Shown piece by piece: positions 39,231-52,722 of a stretch of DNA of 64,000 bases (the first letter of the stretch is position 1; each line of letters starts with the position of its first letter). The DNA is from Bacteroidia bacterium (lineage in GTDB: Bacteria > Bacteroidota > Bacteroidia > M30B66). The position numbers and the translations under genes were made by a program. The stretch is from assembly GCA_965279035.1 (NCBI GenBank), contig OZ257142.1, positions 824,682-888,681 of the forward strand, in the 5' to 3' direction. The notes below the pieces were generated by a model that worked only from the letters and a program-made list of their open reading frames with translations, did not search any database and had not been told where the DNA came from.

Positions 39231-40172
39231 ATGCGTTTACTCTCTTTTATACTTCCCGTTTTTCGAAACAAAGGTTCAATTAGTATCACATGCGAGAAAA
39301 TTTCTGAGTTAATGAGGGAATCTCATTCTGATCTTGACTTTGAGATTATTCTGATTAATGATGGTTCTGATGATGGGTCATGGGAGGAAATAAATCAAGT
39401 ATGTGAGTTAAATACGAGCACTAAAGCACTCTCTTTTTCAAGAAATTTCGGACAAGTTCCCGCGATTATTGCTGGTGCTCAATATTGTAAAGGAGATGCA
39501 GCCATCATTATGTCTGCCGATTTACAAGATCCAGTAAGCTTAATTTCTGACATGATTGCTGCTTGGAAGGAGTCTAGCCAGATTGCAGTATGTTATCGTA
39601 TGGATAGAGAAGATTCGGCACTTGCCAATTTAACATCAGCCGTGTTTTATCGGTTTATGAAAATTGCTAATCCGATGATGCCAAAAGGGGGGTTTGATTT
39701 TGTTTTACTTGATAGAGCGGCTATCGATGTTTTTGCAGCCATCGATGAACGTAATCGTTTCTTTCAAGGGGATATTTTGTGGATGGGATTTAATATTCGC
39801 TTTATTCCCTATAAAAGAATAAAACGGACCATCGGAAAATCACAATGGAGTTTTGGAAAGAAATTAAAATACTTTATTGATGGGGCATTGAATACTTCCT
39901 ATATGCCTATTCGGTTTATGTCAATCGTTGGGATTAGTATCGCTTTTATAGGATTTATCTACGCCTTAGTTGTCATTTATGCGAGAATGATAAATCAAAT
40001 TCCGTTTAAAGGATACGCTCCGATTGTCATCTTAATTCTAGTAATCGGTGGAATGATTATGATCATGTTGGGAATCATCGGCGAATACCTATGGCGGATT
40101 TACGATGAAACTAGGAAAAGGCCTATTTACATTGTAAAGGAAAAGGCCGGTAATTGGGAAGATTCGAAATAA
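39231..40172 (+). CDS. Polyprenyl-phosphate glycosyltransferase, GT2 (ArnC/GtrB/DPM1-like) with two C-terminal TM helices
   Basis: Contains 'ILINDGSDDGS', 'RNFGQ', 'DLQDP' and a C-terminal TM pair ending 'GEYLWRIY'. Confidence 0.8.
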   Translation: MRLLSFILPVFRNKGSISITCEKISELMRESHSDLDFEIILINDGSDDGSWEEINQVCELNTSTKALSFSRNFGQVPAIIAGAQYCKGDAAIIMSADLQDPVSLISDMIAAWKESSQIAVCYRMDREDSALANLTSAVFYRFMKIANPMMPKGGFDFVLLDRAAIDVFAAIDERNRFFQGDILWMGFNIRFIPYKRIKRTIGKSQWSFGKKLKYFIDGALNTSYMPIRFMSIVGISIAFIGFIYALVVIYARMINQIPFKGYAPIVILILVIGGMIMIMLGIIGEYLWRIYDETRKRPIYIVKEKAGNWEDSK

Positions 40173-40264
40173 TCAATCTCTATAAATAAAACAGTCGTAA
40201 TCTCTCATGAAATTACGTCTGTTTTTATAAGGACTTGACTCGATTTCAGGATAGAATAGGTTTT

Positions 40265-42696
<2,432 letters not shown>

Positions 42697-42714
42697 TTTA
42701 CGAGGCACAAGTTC

Positions 42715-42749
42715 AAAAAAAAAGGATAAAACCAATTGGCCTTATCCTT
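42715..42749 (-). terminator. Intrinsic terminator of the ribosomal/rpoA/rplQ operon
   Basis: Stem ggataa/ttatcc with a palindromic loop, followed on the minus strand by a run of 9 T. It lies 27 nt downstream of the rplQ stop. Confidence 0.5.
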
Positions 42750-42775
42750 TCAAAATGTTCACAATGTTGAAGTCA

Positions 42776-43270
42776 TCATTCAGCAGCTGTTTCTTCTGAT
42801 TCAGAACTAGTTTCTGCTACAGGCGCTGCTGGAGCATCTGCTTTTTTCTTAGCTGCTCCACTACGACGAGTTTTTTTCTCAACTTTTGCTTTCGCAGTTT
42901 TTTGAAGATTCTCGTTATAGTCTACTAATTCAATCATTGCCATCTCAGCATTATCTCCTAAACGATTGCCAAGTTTGATGATTCGAGTATATCCACCTGG
43001 ACGATCAGCAATTTTTACTGATACATCGCGGAATAATTCAGCAACAGCATGCTTGTCTTTTAGGTAAGCAAATACAGTACGACGGCTATGTGTTGTATCT
43101 TCTTTCGATTTTGTAATCAAAGGTTCTACATAAACACGAAGTGCTTTCGCTTTTGCAAGCGTTGTATTGATCCGCTTGTGAAGAATCAATGAACTGGCAA
43201 TATTTGCCATCATCGCCTTCCGATGTGGAGCGGTGCGACCTAGGTGATTTAATTTTTTACCGTGTCTCAT
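42776..43270 (-). CDS. rplQ: 50S ribosomal protein L17 (with a Lys/Ala-rich C-terminal extension)
   Basis: Starts '[20 protein letters not shown]'. Confidence 0.9.
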   Translation of the reverse strand: MRHGKKLNHLGRTAPHRKAMMANIASSLILHKRINTTLAKAKALRVYVEPLITKSKEDTTHSRRTVFAYLKDKHAVAELFRDVSVKIADRPGGYTRIIKLGNRLGDNAEMAMIELVDYNENLQKTAKAKVEKKTRRSGAAKKKADAPAAPVAETSSESEETAAE

Positions 43271-43307
43271 GATGCAATGTAATGTTCTTTAGCCTCTAGG
43301 GCTGTTT

Positions 43308-44300
43308 TTAGTCTTTGTCGAGTTTGTATTTGGCCAAATTCATTCCGAAGTTCAATTGTTTGCTCTGAACTAATTCTTCAAGCTCAGTCAAAGACTTCTT
43401 ACCAAAATTGCGGAATTTCAATAGGTCATTTTTGTTGTATGATACGAGATCTGCAATTGTATCTACATCAGCTGCTTTAAGGCAGTTTAATGCACGTACA
43501 CTTAAATCCATATCAACTAAACGAGTTTTCAAAAGTTGACGCATATGAAGAATGTCTTCATCGAATTCTTCAGTCGTTACTTTCTCTTCTACATCTTCTG
43601 TAATTTTCTCATCAGAGAACAACATGAAATGCTGAATCAAAATCTTAGCTGCTTCTTTCAAAGCATCTTTAGGATGGATTGATCCATCACTAGTGATTTC
43701 AATAATCAATTTCTCGTAATCCGTTTTTTGCTCTACACGGTAATTTTCAACTGAATATTTTACATTCCGAATTGGAGTATAAATAGAGTCGATTGGAATT
43801 AAACCGATTTGTTGTGTAGCTGGACGGTTTTCCTCTGCAGGAACGTATCCACGTCCTTTGTCAATGGTAATTTCCATTTTCAAATTCACCGATGGATCCA
43901 TATTGCAAATCACAAAATCGTGATTTAAAACTTGGAAAGAAGAAGTGAATTTACCAATATCACCAGCAGTAAGTTGGCTCTGTCCATTAAGACTGATAAC
44001 CACTTTTTCATGCTCAGTGCTATCGATTTGACGTTTAAATCGAACTTGTTTGAGGTTTAGAATGATCTCAGTAACATCTTCTACAACACCTTTGATAGTG
44101 GAGAACTCATGTTCAACGCCTTCAATTTTTATTGAAGTGATTGCGAATCCTTCTAAGGAAGAAAGTAGAATTCGACGGAGTGCATTCCCAACTGTAATTC
44201 CATACCCTGGTTCTAGTGGTCTGAACTCAAACTGACCATGTTGATCAGTCGATGAGATCATGATTACTTTGTCGGGACGTTGAAAAGCCAGTATTGCCAT
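43308..44300 (-). CDS. rpoA: DNA-directed RNA polymerase alpha subunit
   Basis: 330 aa. N-terminal domain '[14 protein letters not shown]' and alpha-CTD. Confidence 0.9.
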   Translation of the reverse strand: MAILAFQRPDKVIMISSTDQHGQFEFRPLEPGYGITVGNALRRILLSSLEGFAITSIKIEGVEHEFSTIKGVVEDVTEIILNLKQVRFKRQIDSTEHEKVVISLNGQSQLTAGDIGKFTSSFQVLNHDFVICNMDPSVNLKMEITIDKGRGYVPAEENRPATQQIGLIPIDSIYTPIRNVKYSVENYRVEQKTDYEKLIIEITSDGSIHPKDALKEAAKILIQHFMLFSDEKITEDVEEKVTTEEFDEDILHMRQLLKTRLVDMDLSVRALNCLKAADVDTIADLVSYNKNDLLKFRNFGKKSLTELEELVQSKQLNFGMNLAKYKLDKD

Positions 44301-44343
44301 AGTATTCTTGGTTTGAAATATGAGGTTAAGGTCTTGTAACGAA

Positions 44344-44949
44344 TTATTTCGAGTACAATTCCACGATCAGTTGTTCCTTAATGTTTTCAGGAATCAGTTC
44401 ACGTTCCGGATAATTTAGAAACGTACCACTGAGTGATGAAGCATTAAATTCCAACCAGGAATATTTATTAGTGTGACCTGAAAGTGCATTTACAATGACT
44501 TCCATAGATTTAGATTTTTCACGAACAGCGATTTTGTCACCAGCCTTCAATGTATAGGAAGGAATATTTACGACAGAACCATTCACAGTAATATGACGGT
44601 GAGAAACCAATTGGCGAGCTCCTGAACGAGTTGCTGATAAACCCATGCGGTAAACTACATTATCTAAACGTGCTTCAATTAACTTAAGAAGCATCTCACC
44701 TGTAACACCTTGTGCACGGCTTGCGCGATCAAAAATCAAAGCAAACTGCTTTTCTAGGATACCATAAGTATACTTTGCTTTTTGCTTTTCTTGAAGCTGA
44801 ACTCCATATTCAGAAACTTTTTGACGTTTCTTAGAATTACCATGTTGTCCTGGAGGATAATTCTTTTTAGTTAGCACCTTATCCGGCCCAAAAATGGGTT
44901 CACGGAACTTACGTGCAATCTTTGACTTAGGGCCTATATATCTTGCCAT
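44344..44949 (-). CDS. rpsD: 30S ribosomal protein S4
   Basis: Starts '[15 protein letters not shown]'. Confidence 0.9.
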   Translation of the reverse strand: MARYIGPKSKIARKFREPIFGPDKVLTKKNYPPGQHGNSKKRQKVSEYGVQLQEKQKAKYTYGILEKQFALIFDRASRAQGVTGEMLLKLIEARLDNVVYRMGLSATRSGARQLVSHRHITVNGSVVNIPSYTLKAGDKIAVREKSKSMEVIVNALSGHTNKYSWLEFNASSLSGTFLNYPERELIPENIKEQLIVELYSK

Positions 44950-44974
44950 GAGGTTGTAATGTTAAAATGAATGA

Positions 44975-45364
44975 TTAAACGCGGCGGCGTTTAGGTGGAC
45001 GGCAACCATTGTGTGGTACCGGTGTTACGTCAACAATCTCGCTAACTTCAATACCGCTATTGTGTATCGTTCTGATTGCAGATTCACGACCACCACCTGG
45101 TCCTTTAACAAACACCTTCACTTTACGTAATCCTAAATCATAAGCAACTTTGGAGCAGTCTCCTGCTGCCATTTGCCCTGCATAGGGTGTGTTTTTTTTA
45201 GATCCGCGAAATCCCATCTTGCCAGCAGAACTCCAGGAAATTACTTGTCCTGTTGTGTTGGTGAGGGAAACAATAATATTGTTAAATGTAGCATTGATGT
45301 GAGCATGACCCACTGCTTCTACTTTAACAACACGCTTCTTGGTTGTTTTGGTTGTTTTAGCCAT
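44975..45364 (-). CDS. rpsK: 30S ribosomal protein S11
   Basis: Contains '[21 protein letters not shown]'. Confidence 0.9.
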   Translation of the reverse strand: MAKTTKTTKKRVVKVEAVGHAHINATFNNIIVSLTNTTGQVISWSSAGKMGFRGSKKNTPYAGQMAAGDCSKVAYDLGLRKVKVFVKGPGGGRESAIRTIHNSGIEVSEIVDVTPVPHNGCRPPKRRRV

Positions 45365-45402
45365 TTCTTAATGGATTCTTCGTTTTATTCGGTTAAAAAG
45401 AA

Positions 45403-45780
45403 TTATTTAGTTACCTTTTTCTTATTGGCAACTGTTTTCTTCTTCCCTTTCCGGGTACGAGCATTATTTTTTGTTGTTTGTCCGCGTACAGGTAATCCTG
45501 AACGATGACGAATACCGCGGTAAGATCCGATATCCATAAGTCGCTTAATATTGAGTTGAACTTCTGATCGAAGTGCTCCTTCTACTTTAAACGTATTATT
45601 GATGATATCACGAATCTTTCCTAGTTCATCGTCATTCCATTCCGATACTTTTTTATCGAATGAAATCCCCGCTTCATTAAGGATTCTCTGTGCTGTAGAG
45701 CGACCAATCCCAAAAATATAGGTTAGTCCGATTTCTCCACGCTTATTTTTAGGAAGGTCAATTCCGGAAATACGAGCCAT
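45403..45780 (-). CDS. rpsM: 30S ribosomal protein S13
   Basis: Starts '[14 protein letters not shown]'. Confidence 0.9.
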   Translation of the reverse strand: MARISGIDLPKNKRGEIGLTYIFGIGRSTAQRILNEAGISFDKKVSEWNDDELGKIRDIINNTFKVEGALRSEVQLNIKRLMDIGSYRGIRHRSGLPVRGQTTKNNARTRKGKKKTVANKKKVTK

Positions 45781-45799
45781 GTTTTATGCTGTTTGGTGC

Positions 45800-45916
45800 T
45801 TATCCTTGACGTTGTTTGAACTTTGGATTCTTTTTGTTTATAACATAAAGTCTCCCTTTGCGGCGTACAATCTTGCAGTCCACACTCCGTTTTTTGATGG
45901 AGGTTTTTACTTTCAT
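45800..45916 (-). CDS. rpmJ: 50S ribosomal protein L36 (38 aa; absent from the ORF track, below its length cutoff)
   Basis: Manual translation of the reverse strand gives [38 protein letters not shown]. Confidence 0.8.
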   Translation of the reverse strand: MKVKTSIKKRSVDCKIVRRKGRLYVINKKNPKFKQRQG

Positions 45917-45923
45917 TGTGTTA

Positions 45924-46142
45924 TTATTTGTAGCGATAAGTTATTCGACCTTTTGACAGATCGTATGGAGACATCTCCACTTTTACCTTATCACCGGGTA
46001 AAATCTTGATATAGTGCATACGCATCTTTCCAGATATGTGTGCTATGATGACGTGCTCGTTCTCCAGTTCCACTCGGAACATTGCATTAGACAATGCTTC
46101 GATAATGGTTCCGTCTTGTTCGATGGAGGACTGTTTTGACAC
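45924..46142 (-). CDS. infA: Translation initiation factor IF-1
   Basis: 72 aa, S1-like. Contains '[31 protein letters not shown]'. Confidence 0.9.
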   Translation of the reverse strand: MSKQSSIEQDGTIIEALSNAMFRVELENEHVIIAHISGKMRMHYIKILPGDKVKVEMSPYDLSKGRITYRYK

Positions 46143-46164
46143 GCTTGTCTTTCTTTTTTATTCG

Positions 46165-46956
46165 TTATACAATCAATTCATTTCGTTCTTTCAGAACTTC
46201 TTCCACAAACTCAAAAGAGGAAAGAATATCTGCTTTGCCTTTTTGTATCGCAATCGTATGTTCAAAATGAGCAGAAGGCTTATTATCAGCGGTGCGAATG
46301 GTCCAACCATCTTTACCATGAATAACATTCTTTTTCCCCATATTGATCATAGGTTCAATTGCTATCACTAATCCTTCGAGAAGTTTAATTCCCGATCCTC
46401 GTTTTCCAAAATTTGGAACTTCCGGTGATTCGTGAAGATTTCTACCAATTCCATGACCTACTAATTCACGAACAACTGAATATCCATGCTTTTCACAGTA
46501 GGTTTGAATTTCGTAGCTGATATCATGAAGACGTTTTCCGGGAAGCGCTACTCCAATTCCTCGAAGTAAGCTTTCTTTTGTAACGCTCATTAATTGCTTT
46601 TTTTCTTCTGAAACTTCACCAACACCAAATGTATAGGCAGAGTCTCCGAAGAAACCGTTTTTTAAAGCACCACAATCAACCGATATTATATCGCCTGATT
46701 CATATGGCCGATTATCTGGTATTCCATGAACAACTTGTTCATTTGGAGAAATACACAGAGAATTTGGAAATCCACCATATCCTTTAAAAGCCGGAATACC
46801 TCCATGATCACGGATGTATTCTTCAGCAATTTTATCCAGCTGCAAACTGGTAACCCCGGGGCTGATGATTTTAGCAACTTCCGCCAGGGTGCGGGCAACA
46901 AGTAAAGAACTAACTCTTATGCATTCAATTTCTTCAGCGGTCTTGTAATAGATCAT
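46165..46956 (-). CDS. map: Methionine aminopeptidase type I
   Basis: 263 aa with the pita-bread fold and the metal ligands D/D/H/E/E pattern. Confidence 0.85.
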   Translation of the reverse strand: MIYYKTAEEIECIRVSSLLVARTLAEVAKIISPGVTSLQLDKIAEEYIRDHGGIPAFKGYGGFPNSLCISPNEQVVHGIPDNRPYESGDIISVDCGALKNGFFGDSAYTFGVGEVSEEKKQLMSVTKESLLRGIGVALPGKRLHDISYEIQTYCEKHGYSVVRELVGHGIGRNLHESPEVPNFGKRGSGIKLLEGLVIAIEPMINMGKKNVIHGKDGWTIRTADNKPSAHFEHTIAIQKGKADILSSFEFVEEVLKERNELIV

Positions 46957-46966
46957 CTAAAGAAGT

Positions 46967-48319
46967 TTAGCTTGCCATACTCACAGGAGAAGTGGCATTT
47001 GCACGCCCCTTAATTCTTCCACTCTTCATCAAACCATCATATTGACGCATCAATAAATGACTTTCAATTTGTTGAAGAGTATCTAAAACTACCCCTACTA
47101 GAATTAGTAGTGAGGTACCTCCGTAAAATTGTGCGAATTTATTTGTAACTCCTATCATCATTGCCATTGCTGGCAAAATTGCCACAACTGCTAAGAAAAT
47201 AGCGCCTGGCAGAGTAATTCTTGACATGATATTATCAATGAATTCTGCTGTTTGACGACCTGGTTGAATTCCTGGAACAAAACCTCCGTTTCGTTTCATT
47301 TCTTCAGCCATGTTTTTAGGATTTACAGTAATAGCTGTATAGAAATAAGTGAAAAGAATAATCATTACAGCAAATGTGAAATTGTACCAGAATCCCGTTA
47401 CGTTAGAAAATGTTGCCATTATTCCTTGTAATGATTCAATTCCAGCATAACCAACAATCGTAATTGGAATAAACATGATTGCCTGAGCAAAGATAATTGG
47501 CATTACACCAGCTGCATTTACTCTAAGTGGGATGTATTGTCTCGCTCCACCAACTTGTTTATTACCTTGAATTCTCTTTGCTACTTGTACTGGAATTCTA
47601 CGAACCCCTTGCACAAGCATGATTGACATGATAACAATGAATAATAGAATAACAAGTTCAAGTAGGAACATTACCATTCCACCACCTTGTTGTTCTACGC
47701 GAGATCCAAATTCAGCAACGATTGCAGCTGGTAGATTCGCAATAATTCCAACCATGATGATTAGTGAAATTCCATTCCCAATACCACGATCGGTAATTCT
47801 TTCACCTAGCCACATAATGAACATTGTTCCAGCAACTAAAATGATTGTTGATGATATCCAAAAATAGGCTGTATGATCAGAGATAGCATTTACCCCTAAC
47901 TGTTGATTCAAATTTGCTAAATATCCCGGAGCTTGAAATGCTGTAATTACAACGGTTAGGTACCGAGTAAATTGATTCATTTTCTTTCTTCCACTTTCCC
48001 CTTCTTTCTGCATTTTCTGGAAATAAGGAACTGCAATTGTTAAAAGTTGAATAACAATGGAAGCAGAAATATAAGGCATGATACCAAGAGCGAAAATGGA
48101 AGCATTCGAAAACGCTCCACCTGAAAACATATTGAGTAATCCAAGAATACCTTCAGATGTTTGTTGCTTTAAGGCACCAAGTGCATTGGGATCAACACCG
48201 GGCAATACCACGAACGAGCCCAGACGATAAATGAGCAAGAATAGCAGCGTATTACCAATTTTGGTACGAAGCTCTTCGACTTTATAAATGTTCTTTATGG
48301 TATTGATCAGGTTCTTCAT
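46967..48319 (-). CDS. secY: Preprotein translocase subunit SecY
   Basis: 450 aa, 10 TM helices. Canonical position in the spc operon. Confidence 0.9.
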   Translation of the reverse strand: MKNLINTIKNIYKVEELRTKIGNTLLFLLIYRLGSFVVLPGVDPNALGALKQQTSEGILGLLNMFSGGAFSNASIFALGIMPYISASIVIQLLTIAVPYFQKMQKEGESGRKKMNQFTRYLTVVITAFQAPGYLANLNQQLGVNAISDHTAYFWISSTIILVAGTMFIMWLGERITDRGIGNGISLIIMVGIIANLPAAIVAEFGSRVEQQGGGMVMFLLELVILLFIVIMSIMLVQGVRRIPVQVAKRIQGNKQVGGARQYIPLRVNAAGVMPIIFAQAIMFIPITIVGYAGIESLQGIMATFSNVTGFWYNFTFAVMIILFTYFYTAITVNPKNMAEEMKRNGGFVPGIQPGRQTAEFIDNIMSRITLPGAIFLAVVAILPAMAMMIGVTNKFAQFYGGTSLLILVGVVLDTLQQIESHLLMRQYDGLMKSGRIKGRANATSPVSMAS

Positions 48320-48768
48320 CAGGCAATTGTTGTAGCGCTGCCGCCCAGTGATTCAATCGCAGTCTTTGCAGCTGCAGTGTATGCATGAACTGTAATTGCA
48401 AGTTTTGCAGTTAGTTCACCTCTTCCTAAAATCTTTATGCGATCATTTTTAGACGCAAGTCCATTCTCTTGAAGAGTATCAAATGTAATCGCATCAATTT
48501 TCTTGGCTTCAGCTAATTTTTGAAGCGTATCTAGATTGATACCGCGGTATTCAACTCGGTTAATGTTCTTAAAACCAAATTTAGGAACACGACGTTGAAG
48601 TGGCATTTGACCTCCTTCAAAACCTACTTTGCTTGAATAACCTGAACGTGATTTCGCTCCTTTATGACCGCGGGTAGATGTACCACCACGACCAGAGCCT
48701 TGTCCACGACCAATGCGTTTGCTGCTTTTTACTGAGCCTGATGCCGGCTTAAGATTACTGAGGTTCAT
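48319..48768 (-). CDS. rplO: 50S ribosomal protein L15
   Basis: Gly/Arg-rich N-terminus 'GRGQGSGRGGTSTRGHKG'. Confidence 0.9.
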   Translation of the reverse strand: MNLSNLKPASGSVKSSKRIGRGQGSGRGGTSTRGHKGAKSRSGYSSKVGFEGGQMPLQRRVPKFGFKNINRVEYRGINLDTLQKLAEAKKIDAITFDTLQENGLASKNDRIKILGRGELTAKLAITVHAYTAAAKTAIESLGGSATTIA

Positions 48769-48784
48769 TTCTAAACGCTTTATT

Positions 48785-48964
48785 TCAGATTTCCTCTACG
48801 GAAACTAAATGTTTGATTTTATTTACCATTCCTAAAATTTGAGGAGTGGCTTCATGCTCAACAGGATTATGCATTTTGCGAATCCCAAGTGCACGCAGTG
48901 TCAATTTTTGACGTTCTGGACGGTCAATACCGCTTTTGATCTGTGTGATTTTTATTTTAGACAT
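48785..48964 (-). CDS. rpmD: 50S ribosomal protein L30 (59 aa; not in the ORF track)
   Basis: Manual translation gives MSKIKITQIKSGIDRPERQKLTLRALGIRKMHNPVEHEATPQILGMVNKIKHLVSVEEI. Confidence 0.8.
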   Translation of the reverse strand: MSKIKITQIKSGIDRPERQKLTLRALGIRKMHNPVEHEATPQILGMVNKIKHLVSVEEI

Positions 48965-48975
48965 GGGAATTCAAA

Positions 48976-49494
48976 TTATCCGTTGAATACTTTTTCCATA
49001 GTAATACCGCGTTGCTGAGCGATAGTTGCAGGGTCACGCATTAAACTAAGTGCATGAATTGTTGCCTTTACCACGTTATGCGGATTTGAAGATCCTTTTG
49101 ATTTTGCTAGTACATCTGTAATACCAACACTCTCCAATACAGCACGCATTGCACCTCCAGCTATTACACCAGTTCCATGCGCAGCAGGCTTAAGGAATAC
49201 AAGAGCTCCACCGAACTTTCCAATTTGCTCATGCGGCACAGTACCATTGATTACTGGAACTTTTATTAAAGTCTTTTTAGCATCATCAACACCTTTGCTA
49301 ATCGCATCGGTGACTTCTTTTGCTTTTCCAAGACCATGTCCAACAATCCCCTTTTCATTCCCTACAACTACTATAGCTGAGAATGTAAAGGCGCGACCAC
49401 CTTTGGTTACTTTGGTTACGCGATTTACGCCAACCAGCTTATCTTTTAATTCAATTTCGCTGGAGCGAACTCGTTTTATATTTGCGTTTGCCAT
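48976..49494 (-). CDS. rpsE: 30S ribosomal protein S5
   Basis: Contains '[30 protein letters not shown]'. Start trimmed to 'MANANIK'. Confidence 0.9.
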   Translation of the reverse strand: MANANIKRVRSSEIELKDKLVGVNRVTKVTKGGRAFTFSAIVVVGNEKGIVGHGLGKAKEVTDAISKGVDDAKKTLIKVPVINGTVPHEQIGKFGGALVFLKPAAHGTGVIAGGAMRAVLESVGITDVLAKSKGSSNPHNVVKATIHALSLMRDPATIAQQRGITMEKVFNG

Positions 49495-49501
49495 GTTCTG
49501 T

Positions 49502-49858
49502 TTAGAATTTAAGACCACCTTCACGTGCACCTTCAGCTAGGGACTTAACCCGACCATGGTACAAATATCCATTTCTGTCGAAACGAACTTCGTTAATTCC
49601 AGCTTCTAATGCTTTCGCAGCGATTGCTTTGCCTACAAGAGTAGCTTGTTCGATCTTGTTTACTTTTTTAGAAGATATAGCCGCTTCAGCTGATGAAGCT
49701 GCAAGTAAAGTATGTCCTTTACTGTCGTCTATTAATTGAACGTATATATCCTTATTGCTGCGGAAAACACTCATGCGTGGAGCATTAGAAGTTCCAACAA
49801 CCACCTTGCGGATGCGTTCTTTAATTCGAGCTCTTCTGTATTCTTTCGTGATAGCCAT
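49502..49858 (-). CDS. rplR: 50S ribosomal protein L18
   Basis: Contains '[19 protein letters not shown]'. Confidence 0.9.
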   Translation of the reverse strand: MAITKEYRRARIKERIRKVVVGTSNAPRMSVFRSNKDIYVQLIDDSKGHTLLAASSAEAAISSKKVNKIEQATLVGKAIAAKALEAGINEVRFDRNGYLYHGRVKSLAEGAREGGLKF

Positions 49859-49873
49859 GATCCGGAATGATTC

Positions 49874-50431
49874 TTATTTCTTACCAGCAGATTTACCAGC
49901 TTTACGGCGAAGCACTTCTCCCACGAACTTAATACCTTTTCCTTTATACGGTTCAGGTTTACGTAATGAGCGAATTTTTGCTGCCACCATACCCAGTAAT
50001 TGTTTGTCGGTGGATTTCATAATGATGAGCGGATTTTTACCACGCTCTGTTTTGGTTTCTACTTGAATCTCTTTTGGTAATTCAAACGTAATATTGTGAG
50101 AATATCCTAATGAAAGCTCAAGTATTTGACCTGTATTAGCTGCACGGTAACCCACACCAACTAATTCTTGTTCTGTAGTAAAGCCTTCAGAAACTCCTTT
50201 AACCATATTGGCTATTAGTGAACGATAAAGCCCGTGTTTTGCACGTTGATCTTTATCATCATTCTGACGACTAACTGTAATTGTTCCTTCTTCAATACTA
50301 AGTTTGATTTCAGGATCAACTGCTTGATGTAATTCTCCTAGAGGCCCTTTAACTGTAATCAGGTTGTTAGAAGCTACTGAAACAGTAACTCCATTTGGCA
50401 ACGTGACAGGCATTTTTCCAATACGTGACAT
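49874..50431 (-). CDS. rplF: 50S ribosomal protein L6
   Basis: Starts 'MSRIGKMPVTLPNGVTV'. Start trimmed from the longer ORF. Confidence 0.9.
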   Translation of the reverse strand: MSRIGKMPVTLPNGVTVSVASNNLITVKGPLGELHQAVDPEIKLSIEEGTITVSRQNDDKDQRAKHGLYRSLIANMVKGVSEGFTTEQELVGVGYRAANTGQILELSLGYSHNITFELPKEIQVETKTERGKNPLIIMKSTDKQLLGMVAAKIRSLRKPEPYKGKGIKFVGEVLRRKAGKSAGKK

Positions 50432-50450
50432 GATTTTTCCTCTTTGGCGA

Positions 50451-50855
50451 TTAATATACGTAACAAAGAACTTCTCCACCAACATTCTCACGACGTGCTT
50501 CCTTATCGGTCATTACGCCTTTGGATGTAGATAGAATTGCGATTCCTAATCCATTGATTACACGTGGTATTTTAGCTACGTGTGTGTACTTACGAAGTCC
50601 TGGCTTAGAAACTCTTGAAAGTGTTCTAATTGCTGGAATCTTTGTAACAGGATGATATTTTAATGCAATCTTGATCGTGCCCTGAGGATCAGTCGTTGTT
50701 GCATCCTCAAATTTATAACTGAGAATATATCCTTTTTCAAAAAGGATTTTTGTCATCTCCCGCTTCAACTTAGATGAAGGAATTTCTGCAACGCGGTGAT
50801 TAGCGTTTATTGCATTCCTTAATCGGGTTAAATAATCTGCGATAGGGTCGGTCAT
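50451..50855 (-). CDS. rpsH: 30S ribosomal protein S8
   Basis: Starts 'MTDPIADYLTRLRNA'. Confidence 0.9.
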   Translation of the reverse strand: MTDPIADYLTRLRNAINANHRVAEIPSSKLKREMTKILFEKGYILSYKFEDATTTDPQGTIKIALKYHPVTKIPAIRTLSRVSKPGLRKYTHVAKIPRVINGLGIAILSTSKGVMTDKEARRENVGGEVLCYVY

Positions 50856-50887
50856 TGTTGATCGTATTTATTGATTCTTATTGCGAA

Positions 50888-51157
50888 TTACCAGCTTGCT
50901 TTTGTAATTCCAGGGATTTTCCCATCGGATGCCATTTCACGGAATGTGATACGAGATAATCCGAATTGACGGATATATCCTCTTGGACGACCCGTTAATT
51001 TGCAACGATTACGAAGACGAATCTTCGATGAATTGCGTGGAAGTTTTTGAAGTCCTACTGAATCTCCTGCAGCTTTTAATGCTGCTCTTTTTTCAGCATA
51101 ACGTTCAACCATTTTCGCTCGTTTTACTTCACGAGCTTTCATGCTTTCCTTAGCCAT
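50888..51157 (-). CDS. rpsN: 30S ribosomal protein S14
   Basis: 89 aa. Contains '[13 protein letters not shown]' ... '[11 protein letters not shown]'. Confidence 0.9.
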   Translation of the reverse strand: MAKESMKAREVKRAKMVERYAEKRAALKAAGDSVGLQKLPRNSSKIRLRNRCKLTGRPRGYIRQFGLSRITFREMASDGKIPGITKASW

Positions 51158-51163
51158 CGTCGC

Positions 51164-51724
51164 TTATTTTTTTAAATTTTTAAACGGAAGTCCGAACTCA
51201 CGAAGTAGTGCGAAAGCTTCTTTATCTGTTGATGCGTTTGTAACAAAGGTAATATCCATACCCATGATACGCGTTACTTTATCAATGTTGATTTCAGGGA
51301 AAATGATTTGCTCAGTTACACCTAAAGTGTAATTACCGTGACCATCAAATCCTTTATCATTGATTCCGCGGAAATCACGGATACGAGGTAAAGCAACAAC
51401 AATAAGACGCTCAAGGAACTCATACATTTGATCTCCTCTAAGTGTTACTCTTGCTCCAATAGCAACTCCTTTACGAAGTTTGAAATTGGAAATATCTTTC
51501 TTTGATTTTGTTGCAACTGCTTTTTGACCAGTAATCATAGTCATTTCAGCTATTGCAGAATCAATTAATTTTTTATCAGATACTGCTGATCCAATTCCTT
51601 GGTTAATACAGATCTTCTCTAATTTAGGTACTTGCATTGTGCTTTTGTACCCAAATTCTGAAAGTAAAGCAGCAGAAATTTCTTTGCGATACTTGGTTTT
51701 GAGGTTCGGTGTGTATTCCATCAC
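51164..51724 (-). CDS. rplE: 50S ribosomal protein L5
   Basis: 186 aa, collinear with L5. Confidence 0.9.
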   Translation of the reverse strand: MMEYTPNLKTKYRKEISAALLSEFGYKSTMQVPKLEKICINQGIGSAVSDKKLIDSAIAEMTMITGQKAVATKSKKDISNFKLRKGVAIGARVTLRGDQMYEFLERLIVVALPRIRDFRGINDKGFDGHGNYTLGVTEQIIFPEINIDKVTRIMGMDITFVTNASTDKEAFALLREFGLPFKNLKK

Positions 51725-52038
51725 TTAATGATCTCCCCTGTTTTTTTAGAAAAACGAACTAGTTTGCCTTCGGCATCAGCTTTACGGCCAGTTCGCGTAG
51801 GTTTTCCTGTTTTAGGCTCAATTAACATTAGGTTGGAGATGTGAATCGGTCCTTCCATTTTAATAATCCCGCCTTGTGGATATTTTGTGCTTGCCTTGGC
51901 ATGTTTTGAAATCATGTTTGCTCCAATTACAATTGCACGCATTTTTTTTGTGTCAATTTCACGTACTTCTCCAACCTGACCTTTTGAGTCGCCAGATAGT
52001 ACTGTTACTTTATCTCCTTTTTTGATGTGAAGTTTCAT
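51721..52038 (-). CDS. rplX: 50S ribosomal protein L24
   Basis: Contains '[19 protein letters not shown]' (KOW motif). Confidence 0.9.
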   Translation of the reverse strand: MKLHIKKGDKVTVLSGDSKGQVGEVREIDTKKMRAIVIGANMISKHAKASTKYPQGGIIKMEGPIHISNLMLIEPKTGKPTRTGRKADAEGKLVRFSKKTGEIIK

Positions 52039-52053
52039 CGCTCTTTAGCTGAT

Positions 52054-52422
52054 TTAAAGTACCTCAGGTGCTAGGGATACGATTTTCATAAACTGTTTTT
52101 CACGCAGTTCACGAGCAACCGGTCCAAAAATACGGGTACCACGCAATTCGTCATTATTATTTAACAGCACTACGGCATTATCATCAAAACGGATGTATGA
52201 ACCATCAGCGCGGCGTATTTCTTTTTTTGTTCGAACAACAACCGCTTTGGTTACTGATCCTTTTTTTGCATTTCCAGATGGCAACGCATGTTTAACGGTA
52301 ACAACTATTTTGTCACCAACAGATGCATAGCGTTTTTTAGTTCCACCTAAAACACGAATACAAAGCACCTCTTTTGCGCCACTATTATCTGCTACTGTTA
52401 AACGGGATTCCTGTTGTATCAT
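52054..52422 (-). CDS. rplN: 50S ribosomal protein L14
   Basis: Starts '[27 protein letters not shown]'. Confidence 0.9.
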   Translation of the reverse strand: MIQQESRLTVADNSGAKEVLCIRVLGGTKKRYASVGDKIVVTVKHALPSGNAKKGSVTKAVVVRTKKEIRRADGSYIRFDDNAVVLLNNNDELRGTRIFGPVARELREKQFMKIVSLAPEVL

Positions 52423-52451
52423 GACTCAATTCTTGATCTGTTCGGGTTCTT

Positions 52452-52715
52452 TTATTTCGCACGCTCAATAATCTCAACCATTCTCCAACGTTTGTTTTTG
52501 CTCATTGGGCGGGTTTCGCTGATTTTTACAGTATCACCGATACCGCATTCATTTTTGTCATCGTGTGCAAAAAAGGTTGTTGTCTTTTTTACAAATTTCC
52601 CGTATTTAGGATGCTTTACTTTACGTTCTACTGCAACAACAACGGTTTTATCCATTTTGTTACTACGAACGAGTCCAGTACGTTCTTTACGGAGGTTTCT
52701 TTCAATAGCTTCCAT
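52452..52715 (-). CDS. rpsQ: 30S ribosomal protein S17
   Basis: Contains '[31 protein letters not shown]'. Start trimmed to 'MEAIER' to remove the overlap with rpmC. Confidence 0.85.
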   Translation of the reverse strand: MEAIERNLRKERTGLVRSNKMDKTVVVAVERKVKHPKYGKFVKKTTTFFAHDDKNECGIGDTVKISETRPMSKNKRWRMVEIIERAK

Positions 52716-52722
52716 CAGCTTA

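Noticed and set aside
45173-45508. 111-aa ORF on the plus strand overlapping rpsK/rpsM. The same applies to plus-strand ORFs at 46036-46371, 49247-49540, 49755-50066, 52414-52737, 53142-53432, 54553-54879, 55009-55263, 56006-56373, 57261-57518, 58177-58425, 59187-59507 and 60321-60633
   Set aside because: All lie antisense to highly conserved ribosomal protein, EF-G or SecY genes that occupy the minus strand. They have no recognisable motifs and are expected by-products of codon bias.
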